Both the position numbers and the translations under genes were made by a program. 36,802 nt of DNA from Christensenellales bacterium (GTDB lineage Bacteria > Bacillota > Clostridia > Christensenellales > UBA1242), in contig JBJEXU010000121.1 of assembly GCA_051886095.1 (NCBI GenBank), forward strand, positions 1 to 36,802, in the 5' to 3' direction. This document shows, piece by piece, positions 9,501-18,728 of this stretch; the stretch's first letter is position 1; each line of letters opens with the position of its first letter. Below the pieces are notes generated by a model. It did no database searches, was not told the origin of the DNA, and saw nothing but the letters and a program-made list of their open reading frames with translations.

Positions 9501-11927
9501 TTGAGCAGTAAAATTACAACACAAAAAGCACTTTCAATGCTAGAAGACAATTTAAAAAAATATTCTGAATTAACCTTGAAGGAGGCAAAAACAGCCGATA
9601 TATATAAAGCGCTTGCAATGATAGCCGAAGAAATATTACTTGATATGAGAGAAAAATTTCATAGTAAAGTTTCTAAGGCTCAAGCGAAAAGAGTGCATTA
9701 TTTATGTCTAGAATTTTTGTTAGGCAGAACATTAAAAACAACATTATTTAATTTAAAGTTAGATAATGTATTTAAAACTGTACTTAAAGACAATGGCATA
9801 AATATAGAAGATGTATATGAGGTTGAAGCAGATGCGGGACTTGGTAATGGAGGACTAGGTAGACTAGCCGCTTGTTTTATGGATAGTCTTGCACACCTTA
9901 GTTACCCTTCTATGGGACATAGTATTCTTTATGAATACGGCTTGTTTAAACAAAAAATTGTTGACGGAGAGCAAATAGAATTAACCGATGCTTGGCGTTC
10001 AACGGGTGATTATTGGCTACAAAAAAGACCCGAAAAGGCTGTATTTGTTAAATTTGGTGGAACAGTCAATGAAACAATGAAAGATGGTAAACTAATTCCT
10101 GAATATTATGGATATACTGAAGTTCAAGCAATTCCTTATGATATGGTTCTTAGCGGTTATGATAGCGATGGAGTTGCAGTACTTAGGTTGTGGGAAGCCA
10201 AAAGTGTTAATCAATTCGACCTTAACAGTTTTAGTCAAGGTGCATATGTTCAAGCAGTGGCAGAAGCAAGCAAAATAGAGATGATTAGTAAGGTTCTTTA
10301 TCCTGCTGATGACCACGCAGAAGGCAAAATACTAAGACTAGAACAACAATATTTTCTTGTGTCTTCGGCACTTCAAAATATTGTTGCAACTCACTTAAAA
10401 AGATATAAAAATTTAAAGACCTTGCCCGATTTGGTAGCCATTCATATTAATGATACTCACCCAGCACTTAGTATTCCAGAACTTATGAGAATACTTATGG
10501 ACGATTATGGTTTTGGTTGGGACGATGCTTGGAATATTGTTATAAAAACTATAGGTTATACTAATCATACAGTCCTTATGGAAGCATTAGAGAAATGGGA
10601 CGAGAATTTGTTTAGAACAACACTACCTAGAATTTATCAGATTGTTAAAGAAATTAATAGAAGATTTACTAAGGATTTGTTTGATAATCGTAGCGAAGAT
10701 TTTGACCTACAAACTATTGAAAAGATGTCAATCGTGAGTGGTGGTCAGGTTAGAATGGCTAACCTGTCGGTTGTTGGAAGTTATAAGGTCAATGGTGTTA
10801 GTAAACTACATAGTGAAATAATCAAGAATGATTTATTTAAACCTTTTAGTAAATTATATCCTAATAAATTTACTAATGTAACTAACGGAATTGCACATAG
10901 GCGATGGTTATGTCAATCTAATGAGAATTTAGATAAATTATTAACCGATTGCATAGGAAATAGTTACTATTATAATCCGAACGACTTAACTAAATTACTT
11001 GAGTTTACCGAAGATAAATCTGTTCTAAATAAACTATCCAAAATTAAACAAAAAAATAAGAAAGAATTTGCGGAGTATCTAAAGAAAACTCAAGGGGTAG
11101 AGATTGACCCAAGTTTTAGATTTGATGTTCACGTTAAAAGAATTCACGAGTATAAAAGGCAATTATTAAATGTTCTAAAAATAATACATTTATATTCCGA
11201 GTTGCTTAAAGACCCAGATAAAAATGTAACGCCTCAAGTATTCTTCTTTGGTGGCAAAAGTGCTCCTAAATATTATATGGCAAAACGAATTATTAAACTT
11301 ATTTGCAAATTGTCTAAAGAAATTGACAATAACCCTTCGGTTTCTGCCAAATTAAGAGTGGTTTTCCTAGAAAATTATAATGTTAGTTTGGCGGAGAAAA
11401 TTATTCCTGCTACTGAGGTAAGCGAGCAAATAAGTCTTGCGGGTAAGGAAGCAAGTGGTACTGGAAATATGAAATTTATGATAAATGGAGCGTTGACTCT
11501 TGGAACTTTTGATGGTGCTAATGTAGAGATGAGTGAATGTGTGGGCAAAGATAATATATTTATATTTGGACTTACAAGTGAAGAGGTCGATGACGAATGG
11601 AAAAAGGGATATAATCCTAAATCAATTTATGAAAGTAATCCTATTGTTAGGAATATTATTGATATGTTAAGAGTTGGTTTTGATGGAGAGAGTTTTGCAG
11701 ATATTGCTAATTACTTAATAGAGGGTAATAGACCCGACCCTTATATGTGTTTAATCGACTTAGATAGTTATCTAAAAGAACACGAGTATATGGATAATGT
11801 TTATAAAGACCCTGCGCTTTGGAACAAAATGAGTCTTATAAATATTGCCAAGTCTGGTTTCTTTGCTGCAGATAGAAGCATTAAAGAATATGCCGACAAA
11901 ATTTGGCGATTGAAACCTGTTAAATAA
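9501..11927 (+). CDS. glgP: Glycogen/maltodextrin phosphorylase (GT35)
   Basis: 808 aa with GNGGLGRLAACF and the PLP-lysine region EASGTGNMKFMINGA. TTG start is 8 nt after SD AAGGAG (9487-9492). Confidence 0.92.
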   Translation: MSSKITTQKALSMLEDNLKKYSELTLKEAKTADIYKALAMIAEEILLDMREKFHSKVSKAQAKRVHYLCLEFLLGRTLKTTLFNLKLDNVFKTVLKDNGINIEDVYEVEADAGLGNGGLGRLAACFMDSLAHLSYPSMGHSILYEYGLFKQKIVDGEQIELTDAWRSTGDYWLQKRPEKAVFVKFGGTVNETMKDGKLIPEYYGYTEVQAIPYDMVLSGYDSDGVAVLRLWEAKSVNQFDLNSFSQGAYVQAVAEASKIEMISKVLYPADDHAEGKILRLEQQYFLVSSALQNIVATHLKRYKNLKTLPDLVAIHINDTHPALSIPELMRILMDDYGFGWDDAWNIVIKTIGYTNHTVLMEALEKWDENLFRTTLPRIYQIVKEINRRFTKDLFDNRSEDFDLQTIEKMSIVSGGQVRMANLSVVGSYKVNGVSKLHSEIIKNDLFKPFSKLYPNKFTNVTNGIAHRRWLCQSNENLDKLLTDCIGNSYYYNPNDLTKLLEFTEDKSVLNKLSKIKQKNKKEFAEYLKKTQGVEIDPSFRFDVHVKRIHEYKRQLLNVLKIIHLYSELLKDPDKNVTPQVFFFGGKSAPKYYMAKRIIKLICKLSKEIDNNPSVSAKLRVVFLENYNVSLAEKIIPATEVSEQISLAGKEASGTGNMKFMINGALTLGTFDGANVEMSECVGKDNIFIFGLTSEEVDDEWKKGYNPKSIYESNPIVRNIIDMLRVGFDGESFADIANYLIEGNRPDPYMCLIDLDSYLKEHEYMDNVYKDPALWNKMSLINIAKSGFFAADRSIKEYADKIWRLKPVK

Positions 11928-12029
11928 CTTTAATGTAATATAGAAAAAGTAAAAGACATTTAAAACAAAAATTTTAACTGAAATCTTAAAAAAGATAAAT
12001 AAATTTACCTTGCACAATTTGGAGGGAAA

Positions 12030-13850
12030 ATGATAGATTTTATATTTAATCCAATTAAAGATAAATCACCCAAGGGTGCGGTTATACTTAATACCGAAGT
12101 GAAATATACTCTTAGGGTAAGTAAATTTGTAAATACTGACAATGCTTATTTTGTTATGCATAAAGATGGTGAAAATTCAATAAGATATGCTATGACAAGA
12201 GAATATGTTGATGAGAAATATATTCACTTCACTTTTACTTGCAAATTTACTGAAGAAGGGTTCTTCTGGTATCATTTTGAGATTGAACAAGGTGATAATA
12301 CTCTTAAACTTATTAGAAGCGATAATTTAGATGCTATAGAATGTAGAGCAGATAGCGATTATCTTCAACTCGTTATTAAGAACGAATCAAATGCAGATAG
12401 TTCTTTCCGTAAAGGAATTATTTATCATATTTTTGTTGATAGATTTAATAAAGTGGGTGAAGTTAAACCAAGAAGTGGTTTAAAACTTATTAAAGATTGG
12501 GATACCCCAGTAGAGCCTGAATTTAACGAAAATGGCGAAAGGGTTAATGTTAATTGTTATGGTGGTAATTTTGCCGGAATTATAGATAAACTCCCATATC
12601 TTAAAGAACTTAATGTTGGAACTATTTATCTATCTCCAATTTTTGAAGCAAACTCAAGTCATAAATATGATGTTGCCGATTATTCTAAAGTAGATAGTAT
12701 GTTTGGAAGTTCGGAAGATTTATTAGAACTTATTAAGAAAGCAAAAAAACTTGGCATTAAAATAATCATAGATGGTGTATTTAATCATACGGGTAGCGAT
12801 AGTGTATATTTCAATAAAGATGGTAGGTACAAAACTATAGGTGCATATCAGAGTCCTAACTCTAAGTATTATTCTTGGTACGACTTTAATAACTATCCTA
12901 ATGACTATAGTTGTTGGTGGGGAGTAAAAACTTTACCACAAACCAGAGAAGATAGTGGATTTTTTGATTATATTGCAGGCAAAAATGGTATTATAGAAAA
13001 ATATATGTCAATGGGACTCGGCGGAATGAGGCTAGATGTTGTTGATGAACTTACTAATAATTTCATTCACGCAATTTGCAATGCAATAAGAAACATTGCA
13101 CCAAAAGCATTAGTTGTTGGCGAAGTTTGGGAAGATGCCTCAAGTAAAATATCGTATGACGAAAGAAAAGAGTATTTCTTGGGTGGAAATCTAGACAGTG
13201 TAACTAACTATCCAATGAAAAATGCTATTCTTGATTTTGTAAAAACTGGCAATGTAAAAAACTTTGTTAATACAACTAATCTTATACTTGACCAATATCC
13301 TAAGAGTGTTCAGAATAATCTTATGAATATTCTTGATACTCACGACACAATTAGAGCCCTTACATATTTAGGTGCGGATTTTAATAATCCCTATTATTCT
13401 GAGAATGGTAATTATGTTTTGTCTAAAGATGAAAGGGAGAAGGGTATTAAACTTTTAAAACTTGCTAGTATTATTCAATATACAATTATGGGTATTCCTG
13501 CGGTTTTCTATGGTGATGAAGTGGGAATTGAGGGAATGAAAGACCCATATTGTAGAACTCCTTATCCTTGGGGAAAAGAAAATACTGAACTACTTGAATG
13601 GTACAAGATGCTTGGCAACCTTAGAAACAACAAGGTTCTTGATGATGGTGATATGAATATTAAATATGCCGAAAATGGCATACTAATTTATGAAAGGGTA
13701 AAAAAGGACAACAAAATTATTATTGTGGTTAATAGAAGCGGTAGCGATTTTGAATTTGTGCTTGAAAGAAGTATGTGTAATTTCTTTACTGGCGAATATG
13801 TAAGTGGCAAATTAATTGTAGAGAATGATAATGCACTTATTCTATGCTAA
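12030..13850 (+). CDS. GH13 alpha-glycosidase (neopullulanase/cyclomaltodextrinase-like) with N-terminal beta-sandwich domain
   Basis: 606 aa. Four GH13 regions are present: DGVFNHTG, GMRLDVVDE, VGEVWED and ILDTHDT. SD GGAGGG is upstream. Confidence 0.85.
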   Translation: MIDFIFNPIKDKSPKGAVILNTEVKYTLRVSKFVNTDNAYFVMHKDGENSIRYAMTREYVDEKYIHFTFTCKFTEEGFFWYHFEIEQGDNTLKLIRSDNLDAIECRADSDYLQLVIKNESNADSSFRKGIIYHIFVDRFNKVGEVKPRSGLKLIKDWDTPVEPEFNENGERVNVNCYGGNFAGIIDKLPYLKELNVGTIYLSPIFEANSSHKYDVADYSKVDSMFGSSEDLLELIKKAKKLGIKIIIDGVFNHTGSDSVYFNKDGRYKTIGAYQSPNSKYYSWYDFNNYPNDYSCWWGVKTLPQTREDSGFFDYIAGKNGIIEKYMSMGLGGMRLDVVDELTNNFIHAICNAIRNIAPKALVVGEVWEDASSKISYDERKEYFLGGNLDSVTNYPMKNAILDFVKTGNVKNFVNTTNLILDQYPKSVQNNLMNILDTHDTIRALTYLGADFNNPYYSENGNYVLSKDEREKGIKLLKLASIIQYTIMGIPAVFYGDEVGIEGMKDPYCRTPYPWGKENTELLEWYKMLGNLRNNKVLDDGDMNIKYAENGILIYERVKKDNKIIIVVNRSGSDFEFVLERSMCNFFTGEYVSGKLIVENDNALILC

Positions 13851-13880
13851 TAATCTTTAATTATAATTTTAATTATATGT

Positions 13881-13916
13881 AAAAAACAACTAGTTTATCG
13901 ACTAGTTGCTTTTTTA
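13881..13916. terminator. Bidirectional intrinsic terminator between convergent GH13 and alcohol dehydrogenase genes
   Basis: AAAAAA-CAACTAGT-ttatcg-ACTAGTTG-CTTTTTT: an 8-bp stem flanked by an A-run and a T-run. Confidence 0.75.
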
Positions 13917-13946
13917 TTTGATTATTTAGTATCAAGAATTTTTGAA

Positions 13947-15101
13947 TTACATTGCTTCTCTAAATAGTCTTACGAAGTCTTCCTTGGTAACTTCTCTTGG
14001 ATTACCAGGTTTGCAAGGGTCCTGCATTGCTTTCTCAGCAAGCATCTCTATGTCTTCTTCTTTGCAACCGGTATCTCTTACTCTCTGGGTAACACCGACG
14101 GATTTAGATAATTCTTCAATCATCCATACAAAAGTATTAATAACATCTTGGTCATTTAAGTGTCTTGCATCTGGTCTGCCAATATGACAAAGAATTTCTC
14201 TAAATCTATCAGCACAAACCGCACCATTAAATCTCATAACAGTAGGAAGTAGAATGGCATTAGCAATTCCGTGAGGAGTATCATAAACAGCGCCTAATTG
14301 ATGTGCCATAGAATGAACAATTCCAAGTCCTACATTAGAAAATCCCATACCTGCAATATATTGTGCCAAAGCCATATTTTCTATAGCCTTAGGGTCTTTA
14401 TTGTTCACAGCATTAGCAAGATTTTCAAAGATTAACTCTATTGCTCTTAGATGAAACATATCTGACATAGTGTTATGTCCTTTAGTTATATATCCTTCAA
14501 CAGCGTGTGTAAGGGCATCTAAACCAGTTGCTGCAGCAGTTCCCTTTGGTAAGGTTTCCATTAGTTCACTATCTACAATAGATAGAACAGGAATGTCGTG
14601 AGGGTCTACACATACCATTTTAATTTTTCTAGCTTCGTCTGTAATTACATAGTTGATTGTAACTTCAGCAGCAGTGCCGTGAGTAGTTGGTAGTGCAATT
14701 AAAGGTAGGCCTTTATTTTTAGTATTTGATAGACCATTAAGAGATACTAAATCTGCTCTTTCTGGGTTGGTCATTACTATGGAAATTCCCTTAGCGGTAT
14801 CTATAACCGAACCACCACCAACTGCAACAATTACATCTGCCTTTGCAGTTGTGCAGGCTTTAACACCATCTAGAACATTTTTGATTGTTGGATTTGGTTT
14901 GATATCAGAATAAGTCTTATATGAAATTTTTGCTTTTAATAATAAGTCTGTTACTTTGCTAGCAACACCACAATCTATTAAAGATTTGTCTGTAACAAAT
15001 AAAACTTTTTTAAAACCTCTGGACTTTATTTCATTAACAAGTTCGGCTCTACTTCCTCTTCCAAAATATGAGGTTTCGTTTAAAACAAATTTTTCTGCCA
15101 T
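13947..15101 (-). CDS. Iron-containing alcohol dehydrogenase, lactaldehyde reductase (FucO)-like
   Basis: 384 aa, collinear from the N-terminus (FVLNETSYFGRG...VTDKSLIDCGVASKVTDLL) with E. coli FucO as I recall it. Contains GGGSVIDTAK, the TTHGTAAEVT motif, and metal-site His in HSMAHQLG. Confidence 0.8.
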   Translation of the reverse strand: MAEKFVLNETSYFGRGSRAELVNEIKSRGFKKVLFVTDKSLIDCGVASKVTDLLLKAKISYKTYSDIKPNPTIKNVLDGVKACTTAKADVIVAVGGGSVIDTAKGISIVMTNPERADLVSLNGLSNTKNKGLPLIALPTTHGTAAEVTINYVITDEARKIKMVCVDPHDIPVLSIVDSELMETLPKGTAAATGLDALTHAVEGYITKGHNTMSDMFHLRAIELIFENLANAVNNKDPKAIENMALAQYIAGMGFSNVGLGIVHSMAHQLGAVYDTPHGIANAILLPTVMRFNGAVCADRFREILCHIGRPDARHLNDQDVINTFVWMIEELSKSVGVTQRVRDTGCKEEDIEMLAEKAMQDPCKPGNPREVTKEDFVRLFREAM

Positions 15102-15318
15102 TTTTTATTCTCCTATTAAAAAATATTTTAGAAAGTATAACAATAATTTTAAATGTTGTAAAGCGATAAATAAAATCTCTATATAATAACAAAGTTTAAA
15201 ATAATTAAACTGACAATAAATATTTTTCTTTTGGTTGGAGTTGTTTGTGAATTTTTATAGTTAAAATATTAAATCTTTAACATTTTTTCTAAAAATAATT
15301 AGAAATTGTTTTAACTTA

Positions 15319-15347
15319 TTGACCCATTTGTTCTTTTATGCTATTAT
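15319..15347 (+). promoter_or_regulatory. Sigma-70-type promoter candidate for degV
   Basis: TTGACC (15319-15324), 17-nt spacer, TATTAT (15342-15347), about 90 nt upstream of the degV start. Confidence 0.45.
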
Positions 15348-15435
15348 ATAAATGTTGAATTTTCAACAAGTCACATAACATAAAACATTTTAGTAAATCA
15401 TATGTATATATGAAAATTCTATCAGGGAGAAGATA

Positions 15436-16284
15436 ATGGCTGTTAAGATTATAATTGATTCTGCATCGGATATAAGTGAGAAAGAAGCAAAAGAATTGGG
15501 AGTAATAATGGTTCCAATGACAATCACTTTTGGCAAAGAGGAATATTTAGATGGAGTAAATTTATTACCTAAAGATTTTTATGAGAAATTAATTGAAACT
15601 AATATATTCCCTAAAACTAGCCAAATTAACGAATATACTTGGGCGCAGGTGTTTAAAGAACATACTGCTAATGGTGATGATTTGGTTGTAATTACTTTGT
15701 CTTCTAAATTGTCTGGAACATATAATAGTGCTGTCAAAGCAAGCGAGAATTACAAAGATAAGGTATATGTTGTAGACAGCCTTAATGCCGCAGTTGGCGA
15801 GAGATTATTATGTAATTATGCTTTAAGACTTGTTAACTTAGGGAAAAGTGCTAAACAAGTTGCTGAGATGCTTAACGAAAAGAAGACAAAAATTAATTTT
15901 ATAGCAATGCTGGGAACTTTGGATTATCTTAAGAAAGGTGGTAGAATATCTGCTACAGTTGCATTTGCTGGAAAATTATTATCTATTAAGCCAGTTGTGT
16001 CTATTGTTGATGGTAAGGTTAAGTTAATTGGTAAGGCAATAGGCTCTAAAAATGGTAGTAATTTATTAAATAAATTTATAAAGGAAAGAGGTGGCATAGA
16101 TTTTAGTATGCCTTATGGAGTTATTTGGTCGGGACTAGATAATTCGTTACTAAAGAAATATGTGGCGGATAGTTCATATTTATGGGAAAAGAACACGAGC
16201 AAAATTCCAGAATATATGTTGGGAGGAACTATTGGAACGCATATCGGGCCGGGCGGAATAGGAGTTGCATACTTTGAAAAATAA
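15436..16284 (+). CDS. DegV-family fatty-acid-binding protein
   Basis: 282 aa. The N-terminus VKIIIDSASDISEKEAKELGVIMVPMTITFGKEEYLDG matches the DegV pattern. SD GGGAGA is upstream. Confidence 0.88.
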   Translation: MAVKIIIDSASDISEKEAKELGVIMVPMTITFGKEEYLDGVNLLPKDFYEKLIETNIFPKTSQINEYTWAQVFKEHTANGDDLVVITLSSKLSGTYNSAVKASENYKDKVYVVDSLNAAVGERLLCNYALRLVNLGKSAKQVAEMLNEKKTKINFIAMLGTLDYLKKGGRISATVAFAGKLLSIKPVVSIVDGKVKLIGKAIGSKNGSNLLNKFIKERGGIDFSMPYGVIWSGLDNSLLKKYVADSSYLWEKNTSKIPEYMLGGTIGTHIGPGGIGVAYFEK

Positions 16285-16385
16285 ATATTGTTAAGATATT
16301 CGTGTAAATAACTTAAAATAAAAAGAATTCTAGAACAAAGAATTGTAACTAATTAGCCTAGTTTCACATTTTTTAAATTAAAAAA

Positions 16386-16423
16386 AGACAATCATAAGTT
16401 ACATAAATGATTGTCTTTTTTTT
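16386..16423 (+). terminator. Intrinsic terminator downstream of degV
   Basis: AGACAATCAT (16386-16395), 11-nt loop, ATGATTGTCT (16407-16416), followed by T7. Confidence 0.75.
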
Positions 16424-16580
16424 GTAAAATATAACCCCCAGATAGTTATTTTAGTTTATAAAATCTGAAATTTTATTAAAAGTAATTAGTATATTTTGTG
16501 TGTTAATGTCTATCGCCAATTAATGTGATTAGCATCACAAAAGCCAATACTTGGCTTACACACTTCTGAAATTGTCGTCT

Positions 16581-16631
16581 GTTTATATCAAATGCCACCT
16601 ATCGGTGTCGCTTGTATAAACTTCTATATTA
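16581..16631. repeat. Short conserved intergenic element X (truncated member of the palindrome family)
   Basis: GTTTATATCAAATGCCACC...CTTGTATAAACTTCTATATTA. The first 19 nt are identical to 29866-29884 and the 3' end is near-identical to 29895-29917. ATGCCAC plus CTTG[C/T]AT resemble the basal arms of copy A at 24613-24740. Confidence 0.6.
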
Positions 16632-16806
16632 TTTACTATGTGATGTTAATTTGTTTACATTAAAATTTAAGTTTTGTTTACACAAAACCAAGTAAAAACT
16701 AATGTTTTTCCTTTATCAGTGTTTGAATTAACATAAGTTATCCGAAAATATTGCCTTGCACTGCTTTTGTCTAACTTCAGATAACAAATTACTATAAATA
16801 AAAAAA

Positions 16807-16882
16807 TGGTGACCCCGCCGGGACTCGAACCCAGAACAAAGCCTTAGGAGGGCTCCGTAATATCCAGTTTTACTACGAGGTC
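16807..16882 (-). tRNA. tRNA-Arg (anticodon CCT)
   Basis: Hand-folded 76-nt cloverleaf on the minus strand: GACCTCG-TA-GTAA-AACTGGATA-TTAC-G-GAGCC-CTCCTAA-GGCTT-TGTT-CTGGG-TTCGAGT-CCCGG-CGGGGTC-A-CCA. It has a 7-bp acceptor stem, GG in the D-loop, a TTCGAGT T-loop and an encoded CCA. Confidence 0.88.
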
Positions 16883-17248
16883 ATAAATTATTTTGATTTT
16901 ATTAAGTTTGTAGTTAAGGCTAATAAGTATATTAGCCTTTGTTGTTTTCTACAATCTTTTAAAATTTTACTATATTTATTTTAATAAATCAAGTATATTC
17001 GTGCCTATGTGTCTCTCTATTTTCAATTCCCCAATAATAGTGATTAGAGAATATACATTGAACTATGTGCAGGAGTTGAGCACTGTTTCCGTGCTCAGTT
17101 TGTCGTTAACAAAACGTGAACTAGACTTATTAGTGACAATTCTTTGTTTTAGAAGTCTATTACTTGCAGTGCTAGTGGGTGATATATTGTTAGTTAACTT
17201 TAAATGAAGAGTTGTTTGCTGAAAAATTTTAGAAGTTATTATTGTTGG

Positions 17249-18712
17249 TTATTTGGATGCAACATTTAATTCTTCGGATTTCTTCGTGGATTTATTTTTT
17301 GTATTCCGTTTGTTTTGTTTTGTGTTGTTTTGTAAATTTTGTTCGTTTTTTTGTGTATCCAAGTTGGTTTTGTCTAAGGAATTATCTTTGTTGTCCAAAC
17401 TCTTCAAAATTTCTTCTGTATCTTTTTCAGCATTGGCGACAAGTACTAGCGATATGCAAATAATAAATATATCCATTGTAGGGCATTGGTCGGTAATTCC
17501 GGATAAACCTATAGCTAAAACGTGAAGCAAGTTCATAAATTTAAATTCGTTAAATTTAGTAAGCAATATTTGATATTTTTTTATATAGTAATATAGTATC
17601 AATAAAGAACCAACTATTCCTAGAGAGGTTAGATATTGTATAACTGAATTATGAGCAAGAATAATACTATCTGTAGAGATAAGTCCGGGAACTGGGTCTT
17701 TACTCGTAAAGCCAACTCCAAAAATTGGATTATGTATAAACTTATCTAAACACCAAGGCCAAAGTGTGTTTCTGCCATTTCCGCTTAAACCTAGGTTAGT
17801 GTAATGACTAAGCAATTTAGATATTGATTCAAATCGAAAAATACAAACTATGCCAAGTATAAAAATTCCCAGTATGCCGATAAAAAAGAAAATTAGTTTG
17901 TTTTGTGATTTTACAAATATATATAAAATACATATAAGCATTAAAATAAAACAAATGAGTGTACCCATTCTAGAATAGGTAAAGTAAGTACAAATTGCAA
18001 ATATCATACCAGCAAGAGTAAGTAGATAATCGCATTTGTTTTTTAGAGCAAAATGGAAAGTAGAAATCATTGCTAGAATAAAATAAATTGCGACAACATT
18101 AATATTTTGCAGTCCAATCCAAATAACATTTTTAGCAAGGATTGCAGAACTAAAAGGTTCATCTACCATTGCATAACTTATAAGTAATTGAATAGAAAGT
18201 ATTATGCCAATAGAAATAAATAATACATTAAGATAAGTTTTTAAATTATGAGTAAAGTTGATGGCTAACCAATATATTAGATAACTTGCACTTGTCATTG
18301 CAATAATAATTATAAAGTTCAGAAGATTAAAATAATTCCATAAGCCACCGATTAAATAGGCAATCAAAGAAATAACAAAGCCCCAAAATAGTTTACCTTT
18401 CTTTACAGGCGTTTTTTTAATGGCTAATTGTCTAATTAAAAAAACGATTACACCTATTAGGAAAAAGCAAATTGAAACTCCGAGAATAATATAATCTATA
18501 AATCCTTCTATTTGATTAATAAAAAAAGGTACAGAAAAAACTACAGGACATATATTTCTAACATCATCACAAAATATTAAAAGAAGGCCAACATAAATGC
18601 AAAGAAGAGGAACTGTAATAAAATCTAATTTACAGACCCAACCAAAGAAGCCAATAGTAAGTAGAATTGGCATCCAAATATAATTTGATAATGTATTTTT
18701 AAGTTTTGTCAT
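17249..18712 (-). CDS. O-antigen ligase/polymerase (Wzy_C)-like polytopic membrane protein with basic C-terminal tail
   Basis: 487 aa with more than 10 predicted TM segments. Contains the characteristic YSRMGTLI and AHNSVIQYLTSLGIVG segments. The C-terminal ~60 aa are N/K/T/Q-rich. Confidence 0.7.
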   Translation of the reverse strand: MTKLKNTLSNYIWMPILLTIGFFGWVCKLDFITVPLLCIYVGLLLIFCDDVRNICPVVFSVPFFINQIEGFIDYIILGVSICFFLIGVIVFLIRQLAIKKTPVKKGKLFWGFVISLIAYLIGGLWNYFNLLNFIIIIAMTSASYLIYWLAINFTHNLKTYLNVLFISIGIILSIQLLISYAMVDEPFSSAILAKNVIWIGLQNINVVAIYFILAMISTFHFALKNKCDYLLTLAGMIFAICTYFTYSRMGTLICFILMLICILYIFVKSQNKLIFFFIGILGIFILGIVCIFRFESISKLLSHYTNLGLSGNGRNTLWPWCLDKFIHNPIFGVGFTSKDPVPGLISTDSIILAHNSVIQYLTSLGIVGSLLILYYYIKKYQILLTKFNEFKFMNLLHVLAIGLSGITDQCPTMDIFIICISLVLVANAEKDTEEILKSLDNKDNSLDKTNLDTQKNEQNLQNNTKQNKRNTKNKSTKKSEELNVASK

Positions 18713-18728
18713 AATTTCCTAAATATTT

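Noticed and set aside
16591-16662. Short ORFs starting MPP inside elements X, Y and copy A (ATGCCACC...)
   Set aside because: There is no Shine-Dalgarno. The peptides diverge immediately after three residues and have different lengths (about 23, 43 and 11 codons). The conservation is at the nucleotide/structure level.
17001-17207. 68-aa ORF in the tRNA-flanking island
   Set aside because: It has a GTG start with no RBS, a Leu/Ser/Val-rich composition typical of a random frame, and no family resemblance.
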